Below, piece by piece: positions 28,778 to 37,349 of a stretch of DNA of 64,000 bases; within the stretch, counting starts at the first letter, position 1; each line of letters begins with the position of its first letter. The notes under the pieces were generated by a model. The model was given only the letters and a program-made list of their open reading frames with translations. It ran no database searches and was not told the DNA's origin. The position numbers and the translations under genes are program-made. This stretch comes from Candidatus Methanomethylophilaceae archaeon (lineage in GTDB: Archaea > Thermoplasmatota > Thermoplasmata > Methanomassiliicoccales > Methanomethylophilaceae): contig JBMNQN010000001.1 of the NCBI GenBank assembly GCA_050944155.1, forward strand, positions 79,409 through 143,408. Reading direction: 5' to 3'.

Positions 28778-29581
28778 GTGGACATAAGGGCCAGAACGTA
28801 TCTCGTTGTCAACGGAAAAACCGTTACGACGCGTCAGCTGGAAGTTCTCGAAAAGGTAAGAGCCGGAGGCAGCATGACTGCTGCCGCCGAAGATTTGGGC
28901 ATATCCGCCCCGGCCGTTCACAAATATATGTGCCAGATTGAGGAAGCGGCGGGAGTTCCGATTTACGTTTCCGTTCCTTCCGGAACCCGTCTGACCGCCG
29001 CGGGAAGAGAAATAGCCGATACGTTTGCGGCAATGGAGCTGCGCAGCCGCACCGAACGCAAATTCACCATATGCTGCAGCCCCGTCACCGAAGATCTTAT
29101 GATGTCCGTCATGTCGGCTCTCAGGATGACCGACTCCGAGCTGATTATCTCGGACGACGAAAATAATCTGCGCATGATGAAGGAACACATGGCCGACTAC
29201 GCGGTTCTGGACGACCCCATGTATCTTTTCGAAGCCGAAGAATTCGAGTGGATGGAAATCGGATACATGGGTATGGTTCTCGTGGACAACGGTTCTTCGT
29301 TCATACGTTACAGATACGGGGCACAGAGGGTTGCATACATGTATCTGGATTCCATAGACAGGGAATACACTGTGGATTCGGTAACGTATTCCCTTCCGGA
29401 GCTTCTCGGCTCCAATAAGAGTTTCTTCATAGACGAGTTTCTGCTGCAGAGAAAAGGGCTGAGACTCAAAAGCGCGGTGGATCCGAAAATGCTCAGACAC
29501 ACGATAAACGCGATATACAGGAAGGAAACGGAGCAGATTTCGAAACTCAACCGGGCGCTTATTTCCAGGCGCGTGGAGTGA
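28778..29581 (+). CDS. LysR/ModE-type HTH transcriptional regulator
   Basis: GSMTAAAEDLGISAPAVHKYM...GTRLTAAGRE HTH_1 signature. Confidence 0.82.
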   Translation: MDIRARTYLVVNGKTVTTRQLEVLEKVRAGGSMTAAAEDLGISAPAVHKYMCQIEEAAGVPIYVSVPSGTRLTAAGREIADTFAAMELRSRTERKFTICCSPVTEDLMMSVMSALRMTDSELIISDDENNLRMMKEHMADYAVLDDPMYLFEAEEFEWMEIGYMGMVLVDNGSSFIRYRYGAQRVAYMYLDSIDREYTVDSVTYSLPELLGSNKSFFIDEFLLQRKGLRLKSAVDPKMLRHTINAIYRKETEQISKLNRALISRRVE

Positions 29582-29582
29582 G

Positions 29583-29598
29583 TTAACCGATTAGTTAA
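29583..29598. promoter_or_regulatory. Candidate operator (inverted repeat) upstream of hdrC
   Basis: TTAAC-N6-GTTAA between the regulator stop and the TATA-like TTATATAG (29625-29632). Confidence 0.3.
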
Positions 29599-29662
29599 TA
29601 CATCCTTGCGGGCGACTGTTCCCATTATATAGAGCAAAGTAATGCAAACTTCAGGTAGTACT

Positions 29663-30157
29663 ATGGTAACACCGAATGTCGAATTTGCTAAAGAGATTGC
29701 GGACGCCGGCGGCGCCGAAGTCAAGATGTGCTTCCAGTGCGGTACCTGCACTGCGAGCTGCCCCTCGGGAAGACACACCTCCTACAGAGTAAGAAAGCTC
29801 ATGAGGATGGCCCAGCTCGGAATGAAAAACGAAATTCTCTCCAGCGAGGAACTCTGGGACTGCACCACCTGCTACGCATGCGAAGAGAGGTGCCCCCGTA
29901 CCGTTCCCATAGTTGACATAATCATTTCGCTGAGAAACATGGCGGTCGCCGAAGGTCACATGTTCGAGAACCACAAGAAGACCGCCCAGTCCCTCTACAG
30001 CATAGGACACACTGTCAGCATCAACGATTCCGTCAGGGAGAAGAGAACGGCCCTCGGTCTGCCTGCCGAACCCCCCACGGTTCTTTCCAACCCCGAAGCA
30101 ATGGCCCAGCTCAAGAAAATCCTCGATGCTACCGGCTTCGACAAGATAGTGGAGTGA
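29663..30157 (+). CDS. hdrC: CoB--CoM heterodisulfide reductase subunit C
   Basis: CFQCGTCTASCPSG and LWDCTTCYACEERCPR motifs; AGGT SD before ATG 29663. Confidence 0.95.
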   Translation: MVTPNVEFAKEIADAGGAEVKMCFQCGTCTASCPSGRHTSYRVRKLMRMAQLGMKNEILSSEELWDCTTCYACEERCPRTVPIVDIIISLRNMAVAEGHMFENHKKTAQSLYSIGHTVSINDSVREKRTALGLPAEPPTVLSNPEAMAQLKKILDATGFDKIVE

Positions 30158-30162
30158 TTAAG

Positions 30163-31008
30163 ATGGCAAAATACGCATTTTTCCTTGGTTGCATTGCGCC
30201 TCTCAGATACCCCGGAATCGAGAAATCCACGAGAGTGGTCTGCGAATCCCTGGGTATAGAACTCGTAGACTTCAAGGACGCCAGCTGCTGCCCCGCACCC
30301 GGTGTCATAAGAGCTTTCAGCAAGAATGCCTGGCTGGCCGCCGGAGCGAGAAACCTCGCTCTCGCAGAGAAAGAAGGCCTCGACATCCTTACCATATGCA
30401 ACGGATGTTTCGGATCCCTGTTCGACGTGGCTCACGAACTCAGAGAGAGCCCCGAGAAGCTTGAAGAAGTCAACAAAGTCCTTGCCGAAATCGGTCTCGA
30501 ATACAAGGGAACAACCAAAGTGTACCACTTCGCGGACGTTCTCTACAGAGAGGTCGGAATCGAGAAGATCAAAGAAGCCATCAAGAAGCCCCTGGACTAC
30601 AAGGTCGCAACCTTCTACGGATGCCACTTCCTTAAGCCCAGCAAGTACAAATCCATCGACGACCCCGAGAACCCCCACGTTCTCGACGAACTGGTGGAAG
30701 CCACCGGAGCACAGAGCATGCCCAGAATGCAGAAGATGATGTGCTGCGGAGCAGGAGGAGGAGTAAGGGCTTCCTTTGCCGACGTTGCGATGAAGTTCAC
30801 CGAACAGAACCTGAAGAACATGGTCGAAGGCGGCGCGGAATACATAGTGGACGTATGTCCTTTCTGCCACCTGCAGTTCGACACCGGACAGCCGGAACTC
30901 AATTACAGCCTCCCGGTTCTCCACCTCTCTCAGCTGTACGGCATCGCCATGGGCATGAACGCGGACGAGCTCGGTCTTTCCGCGCACAAAGTGCCCGTGA
31001 AACTCTGA
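30163..31008 (+). CDS. hdrB: CoB--CoM heterodisulfide reductase subunit B
   Basis: YAFFLGC..P.RYPGIE, SCCPAPG, CNGC, YGCH, CCGAGGG and CPFCHLQFD (two CCG domains). Confidence 0.96.
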   Translation: MAKYAFFLGCIAPLRYPGIEKSTRVVCESLGIELVDFKDASCCPAPGVIRAFSKNAWLAAGARNLALAEKEGLDILTICNGCFGSLFDVAHELRESPEKLEEVNKVLAEIGLEYKGTTKVYHFADVLYREVGIEKIKEAIKKPLDYKVATFYGCHFLKPSKYKSIDDPENPHVLDELVEATGAQSMPRMQKMMCCGAGGGVRASFADVAMKFTEQNLKNMVEGGAEYIVDVCPFCHLQFDTGQPELNYSLPVLHLSQLYGIAMGMNADELGLSAHKVPVKL

Positions 31009-31016
31009 AACCTTTC

Positions 31017-31052
31017 AAGGGGCTCCGGCCCCTTTTCCTTTTTGATTTTTTT
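31017..31052 (+). terminator. Hairpin plus T-tract terminator after hdrB
   Basis: AAGGGGC-TCCG-GCCCCTT followed by T-rich runs. Confidence 0.7.
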
Positions 31053-31268
31053 TCGATTCCGTATGATTTTTCCGTTAAGGTTCCGGCTGGAAAAAAGACT
31101 AAACTTTAATATATAAGCGGTACCAACCATATTGTAAATTATTAGTACAAAGAGGTTAATTTTAACATACTGGCTATTGATTATTATAAAACAAATTTAA
31201 TAAATTTCATCAGCATAGATTTTAATAGAACAATCGAATCACGGATTCAGTCATAAAGGTGAAACAAA

Positions 31269-32006
31269 ATGGCAGCACCCAGAAAAGGAAGCTCGGGCCG
31301 CAAGGTAAAAGACAAGTGGAAAGCGAAGGAGTGGTACAAGGTACGCGCTCCCCGTATGTTCAATGAAACCGAAATCGGAGAGACGCCTGCGGCGGATCCC
31401 GAATACCTCATCGGAAGAACCTCCGAAGTCACCGTTCAGGATCTTACCGGCGACCTGTCCAAGATGCACATAAAGCTGAAATTCAAAATCAACGAAGTGG
31501 AAGGCTACGACGCGAAGACCGTGTTCGTGGGACACGACCTCACCGTGGATTACGTAAGAAGGCTTACCCGCAGAAAGAAGACCAAGACCGATCACGTCGT
31601 GGACATCGTAACCAAAGACGGTTTCACGATGAGACTCAAGACCATGTCCATTGCCGAAAAGCGCATTCAGACTTCCCAGGAGGAAGCGATGAGGCGTCTG
31701 ATCGGAGAAACCCTCACTGAAATGGGCAAGGAGAAGACGGTTGCCGACTTCGTAAAAGAAATAGTATCCGGCGATCTGTCCAAGAACCTCGCCAAAGTGT
31801 GCCGCGAAGTGGTTCCCGTAAAGAGGATCGAAATCCGCAGGTCCGAGATACTCGGCCGCGGAGGCGAAGAACCGGAGTCCATAATCGAAACTCCGGCTCC
31901 CGAAGAGAGCTCCGAACCCGAGCCCGAAGCGGAAACCGAATCCGAATCCGAAACGGAAGAAAAAGCCGAAGCGGAGAAGGAAGAGGAGAAAGAGGAAGAG
32001 GAATAA
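31269..32006 (+). CDS. rps3ae: 30S ribosomal protein eS1 (S3Ae) with acidic tail
   Basis: KDKWKAKEWY, DLTVDYVRRL and EIRRSE motifs; Glu-rich C-terminus. Confidence 0.96.
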   Translation: MAAPRKGSSGRKVKDKWKAKEWYKVRAPRMFNETEIGETPAADPEYLIGRTSEVTVQDLTGDLSKMHIKLKFKINEVEGYDAKTVFVGHDLTVDYVRRLTRRKKTKTDHVVDIVTKDGFTMRLKTMSIAEKRIQTSQEEAMRRLIGETLTEMGKEKTVADFVKEIVSGDLSKNLAKVCREVVPVKRIEIRRSEILGRGGEEPESIIETPAPEESSEPEPEAETESESETEEKAEAEKEEEKEEEE

Positions 32007-32065
32007 ACTCCTCTTCCCAAACCTTCTTAAGCGAAAACCCGTTACACGCACAAAAACCAATTAAT

Positions 32066-32170
32066 GCCGAGATGGCTCAGCCTGGTGGAGCGTCGGACTC
32101 ATAGGGTTCTGGTCTTCAGACCTCTTCCAGGGAAATCCGAAGGTCCTGGGTTCGAACCCCAGTCTCGGCA
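32066..32170 (+). tRNA. tRNA-Met(CAT) elongator with 31-nt canonical intron (about 32104-32134)
   Basis: GCCGAGA...TCGGA-CT-CAT-A | intron | A-TCCGA...GGTTCGAACC...TCTCGGC-A. Confidence 0.92.
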
Positions 32171-32248
32171 CCTTTATTTTTTAACTCCGGTCCGGCATAA
32201 GCGCCTGCCTCGTTCATCTTTTATATTCTACAGCGTTTAGCCTCATGC

Positions 32249-33442
32249 ATGAGGGTAATCATCTATACGGGAAAGGGAGGAGTCGGAAAAACATCCGTAT
32301 CCGCCGCCACCGCGCGCAGACTGGCAAAAATGGGATACCGCACACTGGTCATGAGCACGGATTCCGCTCATTCCATGGGGGATTCCCTCGGTATTGAACT
32401 TCCGCCCGACGTTATGAATATAGAAGAGAACCTCGACGCGCTGGAAATCGACATAATACACGAAATGAGAACCAAATGGTCTGCCATAAGCAGGTACATT
32501 TCGGCGTTCATGCTCTCCCAGGGCCTTAACGAAATTTCCGCGGAAGAGATGGCGATAGTACCCGGGATGGAGATGGTTGCAGCCCTGTTCTATCTGAACC
32601 AGTTTGAAGAGGAAGGGATTTACGACGTCGTGGTCATGGACACCGCCCCCACGGGGGAAACGATCAGACTTCTGAGTTTTCCGGACGTATCCAACTGGTA
32701 CGTGGACAGGATATTCGGTCTGATGAAAAAGTTCATCGCGGTGGCAAGAGTGACCGTGGCCAAGGTAATGGACTTCCCCCTTCCGGACAAGGAAGTCATG
32801 AACAGTATGTCCGAAATAAAACAGAAGATGACTTCGGTGAAGAAGATTCTGGAAAATCCGAAACAGACTTCCGTACGCCTGGTTCTCAACCCGGAACGCA
32901 TGGTTATCAACGAGACCATGCGCGCATACACATACCTGAGTCTCTACAACTTTAACGTGGAATGCCTGGTAATCAACAAAATCTATCCCAAGGAAGGCAT
33001 GGAAAGCGGTTATTTCCATGAAAGGCTCGGCGAGCAGGAAAAATACATGAAGGAAATAGACCACGCGTTCCAGCCCATGAAGATGATGCACGCCTACCTG
33101 ATGCCCACAGAGCTCCGCGGGCCGGAAAAATTGGACGCTCTGGCGGAAATGATCTTCGGAGATTCCGATCCGTCCCTGTTCTATGCGGAAGAAAGTCCCA
33201 TACGTTTCGAGTTCAAAGACGGTTTCGATCACCTGATACTCAAGATGCCCTTCGTAACCAGGGACAAAATCGACCTGTTCAGAGGAGAGAACGACAATCT
33301 CATCATAGAAGTGGGAAGCCACAAGAGAACCGTCACGCTTCCCATGACTCTCAAGGACGCGGAAGTCCTGGGAGCGGAACTGAAGAACGGGGAACTGATA
33401 GTTAAGCTAAAACGGCAGGAAGCCGATACATCCCGAAGGTGA
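32249..33442 (+). CDS. ArsA/Get3 family ATPase with C-terminal HSP20-like domain (Get3d-type)
   Basis: GKGGVGKT, STDSAHS and DTAPTGET motifs; C-terminal LKMPFV..DKIDL...LIIEVGSHKR.V.LP...GELIVKL. Confidence 0.9.
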   Translation: MRVIIYTGKGGVGKTSVSAATARRLAKMGYRTLVMSTDSAHSMGDSLGIELPPDVMNIEENLDALEIDIIHEMRTKWSAISRYISAFMLSQGLNEISAEEMAIVPGMEMVAALFYLNQFEEEGIYDVVVMDTAPTGETIRLLSFPDVSNWYVDRIFGLMKKFIAVARVTVAKVMDFPLPDKEVMNSMSEIKQKMTSVKKILENPKQTSVRLVLNPERMVINETMRAYTYLSLYNFNVECLVINKIYPKEGMESGYFHERLGEQEKYMKEIDHAFQPMKMMHAYLMPTELRGPEKLDALAEMIFGDSDPSLFYAEESPIRFEFKDGFDHLILKMPFVTRDKIDLFRGENDNLIIEVGSHKRTVTLPMTLKDAEVLGAELKNGELIVKLKRQEADTSRR

Positions 33443-33446
33443 TACC

Positions 33447-33923
33447 GTGACGGAAGAAAAAGGATACAGCGAGGATTTCGAAAGCGAGTTGGAAGAGTTC
33501 GTAAAAGAAAACAGGGAGATGCTCGAAAAACTTCTGGAGAAGACCAGGAGGGACGAGCGTTCCGAAAAGATCCACGGGGCCAAGGACAAAGCCAAAACCA
33601 AAGCCGAAGAAAAGATGAAGGAAGTCGTTTACTTTGCCACCAACCCGGAGATGCATTCCCACTTCATGGCGGCGGGATTCCAGTTTATGATGGGCGTCAA
33701 CGCCGCAATAAAGGCTATGCCGCTTCCCGATTTCGTCAAAGAATCCATAGATTCGATGGAAGAAGCCAGGGAACAGACCGCGGAGAGGATGCGCAAGTCG
33801 AAATCCGACAGTTCCGACGAAAAACCGAAGACCGGACGAATAGAGATAAGCGTCTCCGAACCCGAGGAGCCCCAGTCCAAGCCCAAATCATCCAGATCCA
33901 GAAAGAAAGCGCCGGAAGAATGA
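33447..33923 (+). CDS. Charged helical hypothetical protein, probable ArsA partner
   Basis: GGTGAT SD with GTG start; coiled-coil flanks around the amphipathic segment HFMAAGFQFMMGVNAAIKAMP. Confidence 0.75.
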   Translation: MTEEKGYSEDFESELEEFVKENREMLEKLLEKTRRDERSEKIHGAKDKAKTKAEEKMKEVVYFATNPEMHSHFMAAGFQFMMGVNAAIKAMPLPDFVKESIDSMEEAREQTAERMRKSKSDSSDEKPKTGRIEISVSEPEEPQSKPKSSRSRKKAPEE

Positions 33924-33924
33924 A

Positions 33925-34500
33925 ATGGAATCTTTCGGTGAAAGGGCCGTAAGAGCAGCCAGGGAAGCTGCCGAAAACGAAACCAGAGGCGACGGCAGAA
34001 ATCCCGATCCGGGCAGCGGATTCGATAGGAAGAGCGGAGTTTTCGTAACCATAAACACGGCGTCGGGAAACCTCAGAGGGTGCATAGGATATCCGGAACC
34101 GGTTCTGCCTCTGGGAGAGGCGTTGATATCCGCGGCCCGTTCCGCATGCCACGACCCGCGTTTCAGACCTCTGACTCCGGAAGAAGCCGCCGAATGTATT
34201 TTCGAAGTGACCGTCCTTACGCCTCCGGAACGCATCCAATACTCTTCGGAGAAGGAACTTCTGAATCAGATAGAGATAGGAAGAGACGGGCTGATCATAA
34301 CCATGATGGGCCGCCGGGGCCTGCTTCTTCCGCAGGTCCCCGTGGAATGGGGATGGAACAAAGAAGAATATCTGGAAAATCTCTCCATGAAAGCCAATCT
34401 TCCTCCCGGCGCGTGGAAGAGCAAATCGGCGGTAATCGAAAAATTCGGCGGAGAGATATATGCCGAAGAATCTCCCCGCGGCAACGTAATCAGGAAGTGA
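33925..34500 (+). CDS. AMMECR1 domain protein (TIGR00296-like)
   Basis: GVFVTI...LRGCIG, DPRF, GRDGLI and GLLLPQV motifs. Confidence 0.93.
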   Translation: MESFGERAVRAAREAAENETRGDGRNPDPGSGFDRKSGVFVTINTASGNLRGCIGYPEPVLPLGEALISAARSACHDPRFRPLTPEEAAECIFEVTVLTPPERIQYSSEKELLNQIEIGRDGLIITMMGRRGLLLPQVPVEWGWNKEEYLENLSMKANLPPGAWKSKSAVIEKFGGEIYAEESPRGNVIRK

Positions 34501-34504
34501 TACC

Positions 34505-35767
34505 GCGGCGCCGGATTTGGTTTTGGCAGGACGGGCGTTCGTTAACGGCGCACTCAAAGAAACGGAAGTGGGGATAACCCACGGGAAGATCGTTTATGTG
34601 GGACCGTCGGCGGACCGGGGCGGCCGCAGAATCGATTTGGGAACCAGCAGGATAATGATTCCCGGAGGCGTGGATCCCCACGTGCATTTCAGAGATCCGG
34701 GAATGACCCACAAGGAAAGTTTCGAAACCGGTTCCATGTCGGCCGTGTGCGGAGGAATAACCTGCGTTCTGGATATGCCCAACACCAAACCTCCCGCAGC
34801 GGACGAATATACGGTACGTGACAAAAAAGCCAGACTCAGAGGGCGTTCTTACTGCGATTACGGGCTGTTCGGCGCCGTAAGCCACGGACGTTCCCCCGCC
34901 AAAATGGCCGGAATGGTCGCAGGATTCAAGCTGTTTCTGGGCTCTACCACCGGAAACATTCTGGTTAAAGACGATTCGGACATAGAAGCGGCGTTCGGGG
35001 AAATCAGAAAAACGGGGAAACCCGTAAGCGTTCATTCCGAAGACGAAAAGATGATTTCCAAGGAATACGAAAAAGACTGTGCCGATCATAACAGGAACCG
35101 TCCGATTTCCGCCGAACTCAACGGAATCAGAAGACTCGCAGGATACAAAGGAATGAAAATCAACATATGCCACTGCACAACCGCAGAATCTCTGGCACTT
35201 TCTTCTTCTCTGGGTTTTACCACCGAAGTCACCATGCATCATCTCATGTTCGACATAGGAAACGTTTCCGGAGCGAACTTCAAAGTTAACCCCCCTCTGA
35301 GAAACGGAAAGACCCGCGAAGCTCTCGTCGAAGCGTTCAGGAACGGGGCAGCCACGATGATAGGCAGCGATCACGCCCCCCATGCCCCCGACGAAAAGAG
35401 TCTGGAGTTCGATTCGGCGCCCAGCGGAGTTCCCGGAGTGGAAACCACTCTGCCTATGATGATGGATGCCGTAAGGACGGGAAAACTGTCTCTGGAACAG
35501 ACGGTAAGGATGTGTTCGACGGCTCCGGCCGGAGTTTTCGGAATGGAAAAAGGATCTCTAGAGGTAGGAAAAGACGCAGATCTGGCTATTTTCGATTTAC
35601 GCAATCATTCGGAAATAAAAGTTCCGAAACTTCACAGCAAAGCCGGTTACAGTCCGTACGCCGGATTCGAAGCGGTGTTCCCAGATACGGTTATTCTCAG
35701 GGGAGAGATTCAGCTCGAGGACGGAGAATTCTGCGGAGAAACCATGGGAGCTGATATAATTGGTTAA
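34505..35767 (+). CDS. pyrC: Dihydroorotase (start GCG 34505 or TTG 34517)
   Basis: DPHVHFRDPG, DMPNTKP, KVNPPLR, SDHAPH and GVPGVET motifs. Confidence 0.9.
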   Translation, partial: AAPDLVLAGRAFVNGALKETEVGITHGKIVYVGPSADRGGRRIDLGTSRIMIPGGVDPHVHFRDPGMTHKESFETGSMSAVCGGITCVLDMPNTKPPAADEYTVRDKKARLRGRSYCDYGLFGAVSHGRSPAKMAGMVAGFKLFLGSTTGNILVKDDSDIEAAFGEIRKTGKPVSVHSEDEKMISKEYEKDCADHNRNRPISAELNGIRRLAGYKGMKINICHCTTAESLALSSSLGFTTEVTMHHLMFDIGNVSGANFKVNPPLRNGKTREALVEAFRNGAATMIGSDHAPHAPDEKSLEFDSAPSGVPGVETTLPMMMDAVRTGKLSLEQTVRMCSTAPAGVFGMEKGSLEVGKDADLAIFDLRNHSEIKVPKLHSKAGYSPYAGFEAVFPDTVILRGEIQLEDGEFCGETMGADIIG

Positions 35768-36872
35768 TTTCAACATAGATTATTCGGGAGTAAGGGGCAG
35801 ACTTGTAGAATGCCCGCCCCAATGCGGAATGTGCTGTCTCTGTCAGCCCGAAGTGCTCCCGGAAGAAAAACCGTATTTCGAGAAAAATCATCCAGAAAGC
35901 CTGGTGAAAACAAGGTCTCCTTACCCCTACACGGCACTTGCCATGAAGAAGGGACGCGGATCCTGCGTTTTCCTCAACGGAAGAAGATGTAAAATTTACG
36001 AGCACCGCCCGGCGTACTGCAGACAGTTTCCCATACACATATACGCCGGAGAGAAAATTTCGGCGGAACTGGATCTTTCCTGCAGAGGCGCATGGACCGG
36101 CAGGGGAACGGATGCGGAAACCGAGGCCAAAAAAATAGCGGAAGCGGCCTCCGGAAGAATACACAAAGCTTTCCGGGAATCCAAAAAGGTTTACGACGAA
36201 TTTTACGGAAACTGCATGATGGCGGGGGTTATGGGAGACCCGGCAGCGCTGCGCGGCAGCATATCCGATTCTCTTTACAAGTTCACCGATCCCGGTTACC
36301 TCGGAGCGGTTCTCGAAACGTCTCTGACGGAAGATTCGATGGGATTGGAAAAAATCAGGAATTTCCGTCCCTTCGGTTCGGAAACGGAGGAAACCGCAAG
36401 AGCCGCCGCCATGGACTCCATGTCCGCGGAAGATCCTCTGAGTCTTCCGGTTTACTGTGACAGCGAATGGAACTGGAACATGTTCAGGGCAGGAAACGGC
36501 AGGATAGAATGGATGGTCATGGACGACGACGGGGATTTAGAAAGCAAAGATTCCTCTCCCGCGTCGGAGATCCCCCTCAAGCCTCCGGAAGGAGACGGAA
36601 AGGATGTACTGGCACAGTATATTTCCGTGCTCAACGGAAGGGAGAGTTTCATGGGCAGCGTGTTCAGCAACATGGACGCCGGAGGATACGAAGACTCCAT
36701 GTCCAACTCGTACTACGGAACGGTTGCGGTTTCAGTACTGGATCTTATGTGGAGGGCATCCGTATTGGATCATTTCATGGGAACCGGAACGGGTGCCGAA
36801 GGAATCAGAGAAGCCGTGATATTCTACGACATGGACCGTTTGGACGCCCCCTCCATAGGTGCCTTTGTATGA
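35760..36872 (+). CDS. YkgJ/CxxCxxCC cysteine-cluster protein with long C-terminal extension
   Basis: CPPQCGMCC...CVFL...CKIYEHRPAYCRQFP...CRG. Confidence 0.85.
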   Translation: MVNFNIDYSGVRGRLVECPPQCGMCCLCQPEVLPEEKPYFEKNHPESLVKTRSPYPYTALAMKKGRGSCVFLNGRRCKIYEHRPAYCRQFPIHIYAGEKISAELDLSCRGAWTGRGTDAETEAKKIAEAASGRIHKAFRESKKVYDEFYGNCMMAGVMGDPAALRGSISDSLYKFTDPGYLGAVLETSLTEDSMGLEKIRNFRPFGSETEETARAAAMDSMSAEDPLSLPVYCDSEWNWNMFRAGNGRIEWMVMDDDGDLESKDSSPASEIPLKPPEGDGKDVLAQYISVLNGRESFMGSVFSNMDAGGYEDSMSNSYYGTVAVSVLDLMWRASVLDHFMGTGTGAEGIREAVIFYDMDRLDAPSIGAFV

Positions 36873-36942
36873 CGCGCGGACGCGTACAAGCTGATAACCT
36901 TCAAATACTGAATCCTTTATGGGTTAGTCCGGAGGCCCTTGA

Positions 36943-37158
36943 ATGTTGAAACCGTTGGCGGTGCTGGGAAAGGCGGCGAATAATAACGTTATCGTCGTTC
37001 TCCGCGGCAAGAAGGAATTCAGAGGCGTGCTGGACGGCTACGACCAGTACATGAACGTCGTGCTGAAGAACGCCGAAGAACTTCAGGAGGGCCAGTCCGT
37101 CGCCAGGTACAGGATGGCATTGGTGCGCGGCGACAACATAATTTACATTTCGCCATAA
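36943..37158 (+). CDS. Sm-like archaeal protein (SmAP1/Lsm)
   Basis: [14 protein letters not shown]...[11 protein letters not shown]; conserved Sm-rpl37e linkage. Confidence 0.95.
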   Translation: MLKPLAVLGKAANNNVIVVLRGKKEFRGVLDGYDQYMNVVLKNAEELQEGQSVARYRMALVRGDNIIYISP

Positions 37159-37169
37159 GGAGTGATAAC

Positions 37170-37340
37170 ATGGGAACAGGAACACCGGCACAGGGAAAGC
37201 ACAACACGAACAAGACGCACATCCCCTGCCGCAGATGCGGGAAACGCTCTTACAACATGAGAGCTGGAGTATGCGCATCCTGCGGATACGGCAAGACCGC
37301 AAAGCTCAGGTCTTACAACTGGGCTAAGAACCGCGATTAA
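37170..37340 (+). CDS. rpl37e: 50S ribosomal protein eL37
   Basis: [51 protein letters not shown]; GGAGTGAT SD; absent from the ORF track. Confidence 0.96.
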   Translation: MGTGTPAQGKHNTNKTHIPCRRCGKRSYNMRAGVCASCGYGKTAKLRSYNWAKNRD

Positions 37341-37349
37341 GTGAGAAAA

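Noticed and set aside
31095-31250. Replication origin
   Set aside because: No recognisable ORB repeats and no adjacent orc1/cdc6.
31880-32003. Repetitive GAA/GAG-rich tract
   Set aside because: It encodes the low-complexity acidic tail of eS1, not an independent repeat element.
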